Made by a program: the position numbers and the translations under genes
The notes under the pieces: model-generated
What the model saw: the letters and a program-made list of their open reading frames with translations, nothing else
What the model was told of the DNA's origin: nothing
Databases searched by the model: none
Shown here: piece after piece, positions 36,388 through 48,414 of the stretch
How positions within the stretch are numbered: the stretch's first letter is position 1
Layout: every line of letters starts with the position of its first letter
Origin: Chiloscyllium plagiosum
Lineage: Eukaryota
NCBI RefSeq assembly: GCF_004010195.1
Contig: NC_057749.1
Location: 5,923,344 to 5,987,343 of the forward strand
DNA length: 64,000 bases
Direction of reading: 5' to 3'

Positions 36388-37115
36388 AGAGTCATACAGC
36401 ACAGAAACAGACCCTTTGCTCCAACCAGTTCATGCCGACCAATCTCCCAAACTAAACATGACCAACCTGCCTGCGCTTAACCCATATCCCTCCAAAATTT
36501 TTCGTTACTTATTCAAATGTCTTTTAAACATTGTAACTGTACCCACATCCATCACTTCCTCTAGAAGTTCATTCCACACACAAACCACACACTGCAAAAA
36601 GTGTTGCGGCACGGTGGCTCAGTAGTTAGCAGTGCTGCCTCACAGCACCAGGGTCCCAGGTTTGATTCCAGCCTTGGGCAACTGTCTGTGTGGAGTTTGC
36701 ACGTTCTCGGTCCGGGTTCTCCAGTTTCCTCCCACAGTCCAAAGATGTGCAGGTCAGGTGAATTGGCCATGCTAAATTGCCCGTAGTGTCAGGGGTGAAT
36801 ATATGGTAGGGGAATGGGTCTGGGTGGGTTACTCTTTGGAGGGTCGGCGTGGACTTGTTGGGCCGAAGGGCCTGTTTCCATACTGTAGGTAATCTAATCT
36901 TGTACCTTTTTTAAATCTTTCTCCTCTCACCTTTCGAGACTAAGGGGCATAAATTTAAGGTGAGAGGAGAAAGATTTAAAAAGGACATGAGGGGAAACTT
37001 CTATACACAGAGTAGTTAATATGGGAAAGAACTGCCAGAGAAAACAATGGATGCAAATACAGTTATAATGTTTAAAAGACATTTGGATAAGTTCATGAAT
37101 AAGAAATGTTTGGAG
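36388..37115. mobile_element. Head-to-head CR1 3' fragments (minus 36388-36934, plus 36935-37115)
   Basis: Reversed tail tagagtcatacagc; junction palindrome tttaaatctttctcctctcacctt / aaggtgagaggagaaagatttaaa. Confidence 0.8.
36607..36900 (+). mobile_element. HE1-like V-SINE inserted in CR1
   Basis: cggcacggtggctcagtagttagc...taatctaatct. Confidence 0.92.
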
Positions 37116-37639
37116 GTGATTTCACTGCAGAGAGAAGGATGACTCTATGACAGTTCCTTTCCCTCCAATGGCTTCCGACATAAAAATCCACCCTGATCAA
37201 CTATCGAGAGCCAATCACACAATTGTTGACAGAAAGTCTTTGCCAGCAATAATGTGTCATCATTTCCCAGACAGTTCAGCTATGTATTGCTGACTGAATC
37301 ATTATTGGTGCATACCTGCCTGGCCTCGAACCTAACTGCAACTAGACATCCCCGCTGCTTGAATCAACAACAATGTAAACAGCACTTACAATGAGTGTCA
37401 GGTAGCTTGCTTTTAAAACATCCAGTAATCCTTCAACAATCCTTGGTTTTTAAAACAGTGATTTACCCATTTCAGTCCAGAATCAAAAGTACGGAAAAGT
37501 AAAAAGATTTGGTCTTTATACTGTGAGATTCATCAATGCCATTGAAAGTAATAGAGAAACAGGAGAAGGTTATTTAGCTTCGTGAGCCTAATCCGTATTC
37601 CACCTCAATCCCAACTGCCCACCTTTTCCCTGTATCAAA

Positions 37640-38050
37640 GGAGAAAGAACAGTATAGCACAGGAACAGACCCTTTGGCCCACCAAGACTAGCCCGACACA
37701 TGATGCCTTTTTAAACTAAATACCTTTACCATTACATGGTCTGTAGCCTTCTATTCCTCGCCTAGTCTTATTTTCCGGCTCCTCGGATGCTGCCTGACCT
37801 GCTGTGCTTTTCCTGCAACACACTCTCAACTCTGCTGTCCAGCATCTGCAGACCTCACTGTCTCCTATTCTTATATCTGCCAAGATATAAACATTCCAAT
37901 GCCTCCACTACCTCCGGTGGCAGTACATTCCAGGCACTTACCACCCTCTGTGTAAAAGTTCTATCTTGCAAATCTCCTTTAACCTCTTTTTACCTTAAAC
38001 CTGTGTCCCCAAGCAATTGATATTTCCCGCCCTGGGAAACAGAATCCCCA
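37640..38050 (-). mobile_element. CR1 3' end with a PLE family A fragment (37772-37863)
   Basis: Insert flanked by cctagtcttat 37761 / cctattcttat 37864. Confidence 0.72.
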
Positions 38051-38804
38051 TCCTTTCATACTTTTGGTGAACTAATATTAATCAATCCCAGATTGAAAAT
38101 TAAAAACTCACCTCATAATGAGTTGAAATAATGGAAGAGAATTCTAAACATTTAAAGGGACAGGCTCAATTATGGATAATGAATATTCTGTCTGAGACCT
38201 TCTGCTGAAAAGCATTCTCCAGTTAACCATGAGCAATGGCAAAGGACATCCATTCTAATCCCCATATAATTTCAGCACAGGAAGATGTGAGAGGCTATTA
38301 TGTAAGGCTTTGAAACATCAATGGAAATAATCCATCATGTCAGAACATAAATTTGTCAGTTTATTGTATGTAGAAATTTCTTGCCCACTTGTCAAATTAA
38401 GCTGTAACTATGAGGGGAAGTGTATAATGTATGCAGAGGAAGCTCGGCCAAAGGCAGTTTGTACACAAGTGATAAATATTAAAGTAGAAAATGATAATTA
38501 ATACTATAAAGGATTTGACAAAGTGCTGGCTTTATAGAAAATTTATAACCCCTGCTTGAGGCAGTACCATGTACTGAATGGCCCAGATAAAAATACAGTC
38601 GGCATGCGACCAAAGCAAGGCCAATTAAATCAACGCATTTGCAGAACTCTTTACATCTCTGCAAGGAACTGGCTCAGCACTTTACTTATATATGTAAAGA
38701 TAAGCATTGTCAGAAGTTTGAAACGTGGGATGGTGAATCGGAGGGACCATTAGATCTCAAAACAATAAGCAGGCATCTTCCAATTTGGTCATAACCTTTA
38801 CTGG

Positions 38805-39135
38805 GAGGTGATGGCCTAGTGATATTATTGCTGTGAATCCAGAGATCCAAGTAATGTTCTGGGGACCAGAGTTCAAATCTTGCTATGGCATGTGGTGGCA
38901 TTTGATTTCAATAAAAATATCGAATTGAAAGTTTAGTTATTGATTATTGGAAAAACCCATCTGGTTCATTAATGCCCTTGAGGGTAGGTAACTGCCATTC
39001 TTACCCGGTCTGGCCTACATGTAACTCCAGACCCATAGGAATGAGATTGACTCTTAAATGCTCTCTGGACAATTAGAGATGGGCAATAAATTCTGTCCTA
39101 ATCAACGACGCCCACATCCTTTGGATGCATATTTT
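38805..39135 (+). mobile_element. tRNA-derived SINE (family B)
   Basis: gaggtgatggcctagtga...gagttcaaatc head; tail gatgggcaataaa...cccacatcc. Confidence 0.75.
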
Positions 39136-39244
39136 AAGAACTCCAAATTCAGGGTGAAATGAAGAACACAATCCTTCTCTGTAGAGGCAACAGCCCTCCA
39201 AAAGTGATTTTCCCTAAATTGACCAATTATTGGCTAGAGAGTGG

Positions 39245-39612
39245 AAAATGATGGTAATATCACTGGACTCATTGCACAGAGGCCCAGATTAATGCTCTGT
39301 TGACAAAAGTTCGAATCCCACCATTATTCATGGAATATAAATGCAATTCAGAGATCTAGAATGTAAACATTTGCCTCAATAATGGAGACCATGAAAACCA
39401 ATGTCACTAGTTTACTAATGCCTTTCAGCGAAGAAAATCTGCCGTTCCTACATAGTCAGGTCTATATATGACTCCAGACTCTCAACAATGTTATTTATTC
39501 TTAACTGGCCTCCAAAATGCCAAAGCAAGCCAACCAATTCAAGGCCAATTGCAAATGAATAACAAATGCAGTCATTGCCGACACTGACTGCTTCCATCAA
39601 AAAGAATAAAGG
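39245..39612 (+). mobile_element. Older SINE family B-related copy
   Basis: agttcgaatcccacc B-box; gactccagac...caattcaagg. Confidence 0.6.
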
Positions 39613-39670
39613 AAAATGTTACATTTAGCCTCTAACATTGGCTTTCAGTACCCTTTAGTGCCTTTAGCAT

Positions 39671-39983
39671 AGTGTGGAATCAGGCCATTTGGGCCCAACA
39701 AGTCCACACCGACCCTCCAAAGAGTATCCCATCCAGACCCATTCTCCTACCCTATTACTCTACATTTACCCCATGACTAATGCACCTCACCTACACATCC
39801 CTGGACACTATGAGCAATTTAGCATGGCCAATTCACCTAACCTGCACATCATTGGAATGTGGGAGGAAGCCCATGCAGACACAAGGAGAACATGCAGACT
39901 CCATACAGGCAGTTTCCTGAGGCTGGAATTGAACCCAGGTCCCTGGCACTGTGAGGCAGCAGTACTGACCACTGAGCCACCAC
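39671..39983 (-). mobile_element. HE1-like V-SINE
   Basis: Core and head motifs. Confidence 0.88.
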
Positions 39984-40024
39984 CTGCTGACTGACTGCAG
40001 TATAGTTGCCCATCTCAGTACCTA

Positions 40025-40625
40025 GAATATAGAACATAGAACATTACAGCGCAGTACAGGCCCTTTGGCCCTCGAAGTTGCACTGACCTGTGAAACCAAT
40101 ATGAAGCTCATCTAACATACACTATTCCTTTATGTTTATCCAATGACCATTTAAATGCCCTTAAAGTTGGCAAGTCATTCCATGCCCTTACTACTCTCTG
40201 AGTAAAGAACTTACCTCTGACATCTGTCTTATATCTATCACTCTTCAATTTAAAGCTATGTCCCTTCGTGCTAGCCATCACCATCTGAAGAAAAAGTTCC
40301 TCACTGTCCACCCTATCTAATCTCTGATCATTTTGTATGTATCTACTAAGTCACTTCTTAACCTTCTTCCCTGTAATGAAAACAGCCTCAAGTCCCTCAG
40401 CCTTTCCTCATAAGACCTCCCCTCCATACCAGGCAACATCCTGGTAAATCTCCTCTGCAGGGAGAAAGTGAGGACGGCAGATGCTGGACGCAGGTGCTTC
40501 ATTCCTGATGTAGGACTTATGCCCGAAATGTCGATTCTCCTGCTCTTCGGATTCTGCCTGACCTGCTGTGCTTTTCCAGCACCACACTCTCGGACACAAA
40601 TCTCCTCTGCACCCTTTCCAATACT
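40025..40625 (-). mobile_element. CR1 3' fragment (CTATGTT tail) with nested PLE
   Basis: Minus QRRFTRMLPGMEG...FFTQRVVRAWN; reversed tail tagaacatagaaca. Confidence 0.9.
40460..40597. mobile_element. PLE family A rearranged insertion
   Basis: Perfect 14-bp TSD aaatctcctctgca 40446-40459 / 40598-40611. Confidence 0.85.
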
Positions 40626-40744
40626 TCTGTACCTGTTGCCATTAGAGGCTCAAAGTTCCGCCCAGTGTACCTGAACAAGTAAATGCAGCAAGGATGTTCC
40701 CGTTGATCGGATTGTCCTGAACAAGGGGAATCACAGTTTAATGC

Positions 40745-41792
40745 TATCTGGATTCAGAATTGGCTGGGCCTGCAGGTCAGTGTTGAGTGGGGTCCTGCAG
40801 GGCTCTGTTCTTGGGCCTCTGCTCTTTGTAGTTTTTATAAATGACTTGGATGAGGAGGTTGAGGGGTGGGTTAGTAAATTTGCAGATGACACAAAGGTTG
40901 GAGGTGTCATCGATAGTATAGAGGGCTACTGCAGGCTGCAGCGCAATATAGACAGGATGCAAAGCTGGGTTGAGAAATGGCAGATGGAGTTCAACCTTGA
41001 TGAATGCGAAGTGATGCATTTTGAAAGGTTGAACTCGCATGCTGAATATAGGATTAAAGACAGGATTCTTGGCAGTGTGGAGGAACAGAGGGATCTGGGT
41101 GTGCAAGTTCATAGATCCCTTAAAGTTGCCACCCAAGTGGATAGGGTTGTTCAGAAAGCATATGGTGTTTTGGCTTTCATTAACAGGGAGATTGAGTTTA
41201 AGAGCCACAAGGTTTTGCTGCAGCTCTACAAGACCCTGGTGAGACCACACTTGGAATATTGTGCCCAGTTCTGGTCACCCTACTATAGGAAAGATACAGA
41301 GGTTTTGGAGAAGGTGCAAAGAAGGTTTACCAGGACACTGCCTGGACCGGAGGGCCTGCCTTATGAAGAGAGGTTGAATAAGCTCGGACTTTTCTCTCTG
41401 GAGAGAAGGAGGAAGAGAGGAGACCTGATCGAGGTGTACAAAATCATGAGTGGAATAGATAGAGTGAATAGCCAGAGATTTTTCCCCAGGGCAGGATTGA
41501 CTGGTACGAGGAATCATAGTTTGAAGATATTAGGAGGAAGGTATAAAGGAGACATCAGAGGTAGGTTCTTTACACAGAGAGTTGTGAATGAATGGAATGC
41601 ATTGCCAGCTGTGGTGGTGGAAGCAGAGTCATTGGGGACATTTAAGCGACTGCTGGACATGCACATGGATAGCAGTGAGTTGAGGGGTGTGTAGGTTAAG
41701 TTACTATATTTTACATTAGGATCAAATCTCGGCACAACATCGTGGGCCAAAGGGCCTGTTCTGTGCTGTACTTTCCTATGATCTATGTTCTA
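40745..41792 (+). mobile_element. Young CR1 3' half, open for about 310 codons to the natural stop
   Basis: GVLQGSVLGPLLF...KFADD...FFTQRVVNEWNALP; ctatgatctatgttc tail; inserted in an older CR1 (40690-40740, 41793-41920). Confidence 0.95.
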
Positions 41793-41920
41793 CATACAGG
41801 GTTGGCCATTTAGGACTGAAATTAAGAGAAATTTCTTCACCCAGAGAGTGGTCAGCCTGTGGAATTTTCTGATAGCGGTTGAGGCTAAAACAGTGGATGT
41901 TTTCATGAAGGAGTTAGACA

Positions 41921-42565
41921 GGTACATAGTTTAGTGAAGAAGGCATTTGGTATGCTTTCCTTCATTGGTCAGAGCATCGAGTATAGGCATCGGGAGATCA
42001 TGCTGCAGCTGTACAGGACATTGGTTAGGCCACTTGTGGAATGTTGTGTGCAATTCTGGTCTCCCTCCTATTGGAAGGATGTTGTAAAACTTGAAAGGGA
42101 TCAGAAAAGATTTCCAAGTTGGAGGGTTTAAGCTACAGGGAAAGGCTGAATTGGCTGGGACTGTTGTCCCTGGAATGTCTGAGACTGAGGGGTGACTTTA
42201 TTGAGGTTTATAAAATCATGGGGTGTATGGGTAGGGTAAATAGACAAGGTCATTTCCCTGGGGTGGGAGAGTCCAGAACTGGAGGGCATAGGTTTAGGGT
42301 GTGAGAGGAAAGACATAAAAGGGACCTAAGGGCTAACTTTTCCACACACAGGGTGGTGCGTGTATGGAGTGTCAGAGGAAGTGGTGGAGGTTGGTACCAT
42401 TACAACATTGAAAAGGCATCTGGATTGGTATATGAATAGGAAGGGTTTAGAGGGATATGGGCCATGTGCTGGCAAATGGGACTAGATTGGGTTGGAATAT
42501 CTGGTCGTCATGGATGAGTTGGACCGAAGGGTCTGTTTCTGTGCAGGGCATCTCTATGGCTCTGT
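41921..42565 (+). mobile_element. CR1 LINE 3' fragment
   Basis: LYRTLVRPLVECCVQFWSP and downstream ORF2 motifs. Confidence 0.9.
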
Positions 42566-43039
42566 GACCTAGCTTTTGGTGCTAAGGGCATGTGAGAAGC
42601 ATGTGAGGAGATTGTAGGAATAGGGCACAATGTTGGAGACATGATCATACTGAATGGCGGAGCAGGCTTGAAGGGTCTACTCCAGCACATACTTTCTATG
42701 TATCCTTGGGGTTGTTCGCTGATAAGATGGTTTTAATAAAAGCCTCAGGACAAGATAACTCTGGAGGACACTGGTATTAAGATTACCCTTGTAATGCTTT
42801 CCAAAATTATGGAAAATTTATTTACCGGGAATTAATTATACCACACTGCTCAATGTGAAGAAAGAACTTGTATTTTTAAATTGAGTTTTACATGTCCACA
42901 GGATACCTCCAAGGGATTTACTGCCAATTATGTACTTTACAATCTTCCTTCAGCCTCCGTGAAATATAAGGCCCAGAAAGGGTTACTTAGAATTTAGAAT
43001 TAGAATTAGATTGTTATTGTCACATATACTCAAGTAGAG

Positions 43040-43507
43040 TATAAAAAAGATAGGTGGAGGCAAAACTATGGTAATTTGAATGGGAGATCGGGAATTTTAA
43101 AATGGAGGTATTTCCAGATGGAGTCAATGCCACATGGCATGATGGATGAACAGAACTTGGCATGAGGAGGGATTGGGCAGCACAATTATAAATGACCTCA
43201 TGATATGAAACATGGTAGATGGGAGGTCCTTGTTCTCATCCAAGATCAGCTCTGGGAATTTCTAAGGTGTTTACTTTGTGATGCTGGCACCTTTAACGTT
43301 TACTTCTGAATTCAGCCGGCAGATTGGCAAGAGACCGAAAGAAACATTCCCAGCACAGATTTGGAGTGAACTTTCATATTGTTTCAAGCTCATTTGAACT
43401 CCTCGAATCACGAAACCAACAATTCTGTCAAAGCATATTACGTAGAGTCTCCCAGAACCATTTGCCAATATTTCATAGAATCAAACGCGAGTTAAAACAT
43501 AAAATGG
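43040..43507 (+). repeat. Inverted duplication arm 1 (partner 44686-45168)
   Basis: Reverse-complement match, e.g. tgttctcatccaagatcagctctgggaatttctaaggtgtttac vs gtaaacaccttagaaattcccagagctgatcttggatgagaaca. Confidence 0.92.
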
Positions 43508-43510
43508 GGA

Positions 43511-43591
43511 GGTGCTGGAAAAGCATAGCAGGTCAGGCAGCATCCGAGGAGCAGGAGAGTCGACGTTTCGGGCAAAAGCCCTTCATCAGGA
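43511..43591 (-). mobile_element. PLE family A single arm with intact hammerhead core
   Basis: Minus CTGATGA-A-GGGC TTTT GCCC-GAAACGTC (43562-43589). Confidence 0.85.
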
Positions 43592-44084
43592 ACATGTACT
43601 CATACATGAGTACGGTGAAAGGTGTATAATGTTGCCATTTCCGGCGCTATCTTAGGTACAAAGGCACCTAAGTACAAAATAATAGTTAGAAAAATAAAGA
43701 AACAAAGTTAAAAGTTAAACATTACAGTCCCTTTTTGTGTAAAGCTGCCTTGTGGAGCCCATTCTTGTCAAAACCACTTGTGCGTTATCTGTCTAAAGAA
43801 TGGTGTTACCTGCGTTGCCATGGCTCAGACCTTGCAGACAGCTGTTTCTGCTCCAGCACTGTCACTGTGTCAGAAACATGGTGAAAATCATATGAAAGGG
43901 ATCACTGCTGCCCTTCTGATTGAGTTATAGAGAAGGGAAGAGAAGCTGCAAGGATATTGCAAGCTCATGAATTTTCCATCACCTTTATAAGCTTCAACTG
44001 TCAAATTATCAAATTATCAAATCCAACTGTCACAATGTACACTGGAGAGCCCTCATCCATGAATTAATGATCTTCTCTTAATGT

Positions 44085-44200
44085 TCTTGCCTACATTACC
44101 ACAGTGACGATCCTTCCAAAGTATTTAATCGACTGGAAGGTGCTTTGGGACTGCCTGAGATTGTGAAAGGTGCTTTAGAAAGGCAGGTTCCTCCTTTTTG
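44085..44200 (+). mobile_element. Old SINE/L2-type 3' tail (Deu-SINE-like; relatives at 31190-31290, 51590-51700, 53120-53480)
   Basis: gtgctttgggactgcctgagattgtgaaaggtgcttt tail motif. Confidence 0.5.
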
Positions 44201-44685
44201 TAAGAACTCCATGTGTGGTGAGCTGTTGGGAGGTGGAGGGGGTGGCGGCAGGTTGGGGGGCGGAGGGATTGTTGGGGGAGTGGGGTTGGTGGGTAGGTTG
44301 AAAGATCCCGATGGATGAGCACCAACATCCATGGAGCTCTGTGCTATCAGCTCCTGACTGCATGTGAAATTTCTACTCATAAAAGAAGACAAACAAAATT
44401 ATTAAAAGTCAAAGCTTGAAACACTACACATGCCGAATCTTTAAAGAAAAGGCAAATATAACAGGTGAGGCTTGGGGTAATATTTTGAGATGCTTGTTAA
44501 CAAAGGCTTATTTATCTAAACAGCTCACCCCATGTATTTTATTAAAAGAACAAACTGATTGTTTTTGTCAGTTGATTCACGCCCATTGTTCCTCTAAAGT
44601 GAAAAGAATGGCTTTGTTCAATTGTGAAGATCTTCTGTTTTTACAACAGAGATCTATGCAGTGTTCATTTCTTCCTGGACAATTG

Positions 44686-45168
44686 CCATTTTATGTTGTA
44701 TCTCGCGTTTGATTCTATGAAATATTGGCAGATGTGTCTGGGAAACTCTACGTGTTCTGCTTTGACAGAAGTGTTGGTTTCGTGACTTGAGGAGTTCAAA
44801 TGAGCCTTGAAACAATACGAAAGTTCACTCCAAATCTGTGCTGGGAATTTTTTTTTTCGGTCTTTTGGCACCCTGCTGGCTGAATTCAGAAGTAAACTGT
44901 ATTTCCGTCAACGTTAAATGTGCCAGCATCGTAAAGTAAACACCTTAGAAATTCCCAGAGCTGATCTTGGATGAGAACAAGGACCTCCCACCTACCACGT
45001 TTCATATCATGAGGTCATTTATAATTGTGCTGCCCAATCCCTCCTCATGCCAAGTTCTGTTCATCCATCACCCCGTGTGGCATTGGCTTCGTCCAGAAAT
45101 ACCTCCATTTTAAAATTCTCTCTCCCATTCAAATGACTATAACTTTGCCTCCACCTATCTTTTTCATA
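44686..45168 (-). repeat. Inverted duplication arm 2 (probable donor)
   Basis: Reverse complement of 43040-43507 with scattered substitutions and a short indel. Confidence 0.92.
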
Positions 45169-45204
45169 TTTTATAATGGAATGGTGATCATTACCTTCAG
45201 TCAG

Positions 45205-46592
45205 GCATTTGACAGGTTCCTCAAGACAGACTGGTAAGCAAGGTTAGATCTCATGGAATACAGGGAGAACTAACCATTTGGATACAGAACTGGTTCGAAG
45301 GTAGAAGACAGAGGGTGGTGGTGGAGGGTTGCTTTTCAGACTGGAGGCCTATGACCAGTGATGTGCCACAAAGATCGGTGCTGGGTCCACTACTTTTCAT
45401 CATTTATATAAATTTGATTTGGATGTGAACATTGGAGGTATAGTTAGTAAGTTTGCAGGGAGAAAGTGAGGACTGCAGATGCTGGAGATCAGAGCTTAAA
45501 AATGTGTTGCTGGAAAAGCGCAGCAGGCCAGGCAGCATCCAAGGAGCAGGAGAATCGACGTTTCGGGCATAAGGCCTTCTTCAGGATTCCTGAAGAAGGG
45601 CTTATGCCCGAAACGTCAATTCTCCTGCTCCTTGGATGCTGCCTGACCTGCTGCGCTTTTCCAGCAACACATTTTTCAGCTTAGTAAGTTTGCAGATGAC
45701 ATCAACATTTGAGATGAAGTGGACAGCGAAGAAGGTTACCTCAGAGTATAATGAGATCTTGATCATGTGGGCCAATGGGCTGAGAAGTGGCAGATGGAGG
45801 TTAAATTAGATAAATATGAATTGCTGCATTTTGGAAAATCAAATCTTAGCAGGACGTATACACTTAATGTTAAGGTCCTGGGGAGTGTTGTTGAGCAAAA
45901 AGACCTTGGTGTGCAGGTTCATAGTTCCTTGAAAGTAGAGTCACAGGTAGATAGGATAGTGAAGGTGGTGTTTGTATGCTTTCCTTTATTAATTAGAGTA
46001 TTGAGTACAGGAGTTGAGAGCTTGTGTTGTGGCTGTACAGGACATTGATTAGGCCACTTTTGGAATGTTGCATGCAATCCTGGTCTCTTTCCTATCAGAA
46101 AGATGTTGTGAAACTTGAAATAGTTCAGAAGAGATTTACAAGGTTGGAGGATTTAAGCTATAGGGAGAGGCTGAATAGGCTAGTGCTGTTTTCTTGGAGT
46201 GTTGAAGGCTGAGGGGTGACCTTATAAAAGTCTATAAGATCATGAGGGGGATGGATAGGATAAATAGACAAGGTATTTTCCCTGGAGTGGAGGAGTTCAG
46301 AACTAGAGGGCATAGGTTTAGGGTGAGAGGGGAAAGATATAAAAGGGACCTAAGGGGTAACATTTTCACACAGAGGGTGGTATGTGTATGGAATGAGCTG
46401 CCAGAGGAAGTGGTGGAGGCTGGTACAATTTCAGCATTTAAAAGGCATCTGGATGGGTATATGATTAGAAAGGGTTTAGAGGGATATGGGCCAAGTGTTG
46501 GCAAATGGGACTAGATTAGTTTGGCATATCTGATCGGGCTGGATGAGTTAGATTGAAGGGTCTGTTTCAGTGCTATCCATCTCTATGACTCA
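45205..46592 (+). mobile_element. CR1 reverse transcriptase and 3' end, with a PLE inserted at the FADD codons
   Basis: gcatttgacaggttcc...ttagtaagtttgcag|PLE|ttagtaagtttgcagatgac...GKWD. Confidence 0.93.
45459..45680. mobile_element. PLE family A near-perfect palindrome with hammerhead cores on both strands
   Basis: + CTGAAGA(45590)-A-GGGC TTAT GCCC-GAAACGTC(45617); perfect 15-bp TSD 45444-45458 / 45681-45695. Confidence 0.9.
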
Positions 46593-46604
46593 ATTATTCT
46601 ACTT

Positions 46605-47240
46605 GCAAGGCCAGCATTTGCTACCCAACTCTAATTGCCATTGAACTGGGCAACTACGATTCATCCCCATCGCCACTGGTCTGGGGTCACATGTCAGTCA
46701 GAGTTGATAAAGACAGCAGATTTCCTTCCCGAAAGGACATGAGCAAATCAGGTGGGTTTTCACCACAATCTGGTAAAACTCAATGAATTTATGTAATTGA
46801 TGGTTTTTGTCATGTTCCCATGACTAGGTGAGAGGGTAAAGATTTAAAAGGGATTTAAGGGGCAACTTTGTCACACAGAGAGTGGTGCGTGTATGGAATG
46901 AGCTGCCAGAGGAAGTGCTGGAGGCTGATAGTAATACAACATTTAAAAGACATCTGGATGGGTATGTGAATAGGAAGGGTTTAGAGGGATATAGGCCAAA
47001 TGCTGGCAAATGGGACTAAATTAATTTAGGATATCTGGTCGGCGTGGATGAGTTGGACTGAAGGGTTTGTTTTTGTGTTATACAACTCTATTTCTTTATG
47101 ACTAAGTTCAGATTTATATTCTAGAATAATTAATTGATTTTAATTCCACTAGTATTGGGATTTGAACCCACGGCCACACAGCCTTAGCCTGGATCTCTAG
47201 GCCACTAGCTCATTGACATTGCTTTTATGCCATCACCTCA
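46605..47240 (-). mobile_element. SINE family B split by a CR1 3' end (46825-47105, + strand)
   Basis: ggccagcattt...ctaattgcc tail; head gggatttgaaccc resumes after the CR1. Confidence 0.65.
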
Positions 47241-48414
47241 AAAAGAGGTGGGAACTTTGAAGAAATGCATGTTTCCTTTTCAAAATGCCAGCGTGCCACT
47301 AATACAGACAATACGTGCCTCTGGACTCAGCTAAAATGTCTGCCCGATGACTCAGCGATGCTGAAGTTTCGATAAAAAGTCAAACATTTAATAAATAAAT
47401 AAACTTTTTGCTGGGTCATTAGCAGCAGGTATGAAGGAAACTATGTGGTTCAATTCCTTGTGCTTTTGACGAGAGGCACGTGACTGTGTGAGGTCTGTCA
47501 CGTAACCTCACACAGTCTTGGGGAAAGAACAAAGGATAACAAACAGCCTGCCTGCACAGTGTCAGAAATGCAAATACTTCAGATCCCTGGTAGAAGTGAT
47601 GTGTGACAGGTGATCACAATCTGCTTTGCTGACTCCTGATAGCCACGAGGCGTCTAAAAAAAAGCAGAAAATGAGAACTGCTCAGTGCCTCTGCTCCTGA
47701 GGTGGCATTCTCTTTGTCAACGCTGTACAATGCTTGCTCGAGGTCAGGTGGTGCAGAGAGTTGCAGGCCTACCAATGGGGCTGAAGTTCAAGTTCCATCT
47801 CAGGACTTGATGGATATGGGATGTCATGTGGCCTAATACATTGCATTATCAGCCCCGAAGACCTTATGAACCAACCATGCCTAGTGATAAGCTTGGGAGA
47901 GTTTCCTGGACCAGTCAGCACCCATGCAGAAACTGCAACACAATGGCTTCCATGGGTTTGAAGGTTCTTATTGTGAGCAAGTACTCCCTTTATTTTGAGG
48001 GGATTACCAGACACACCAATGATTTAGGGGGCGCTAACCGCATGAAATCAGTCAACGTTTCACCAATAAGGGGCAATGGTTAGAAATACTGGAAGGAATT
48101 CGCTAACCATTGTTTAGAACTTGTCCATCAAGTTGCATTAGCCTTTCATACACCCATGTCGTATTGTTGAGGTACAGGGACAGCAGACAGGAAGGGAAAG
48201 GAAGAAAATCCTGTTATCCAGATCCCATTACCTCATGTGTCCAAAGATGTGGTCAGTCACATGAAGGCCCAGAGCTGTTGCTCACAATTCTGATTAGATG
48301 TCACTATCAAGTCAAAGGACCACCGATCAGATTGAGGGACAGTATGCAGCATGGAGAGTATGTGGTTTCCCTGGGCCAGGAGGAGGGGATACTGTGAATT
48401 TCTAAAATATAACA

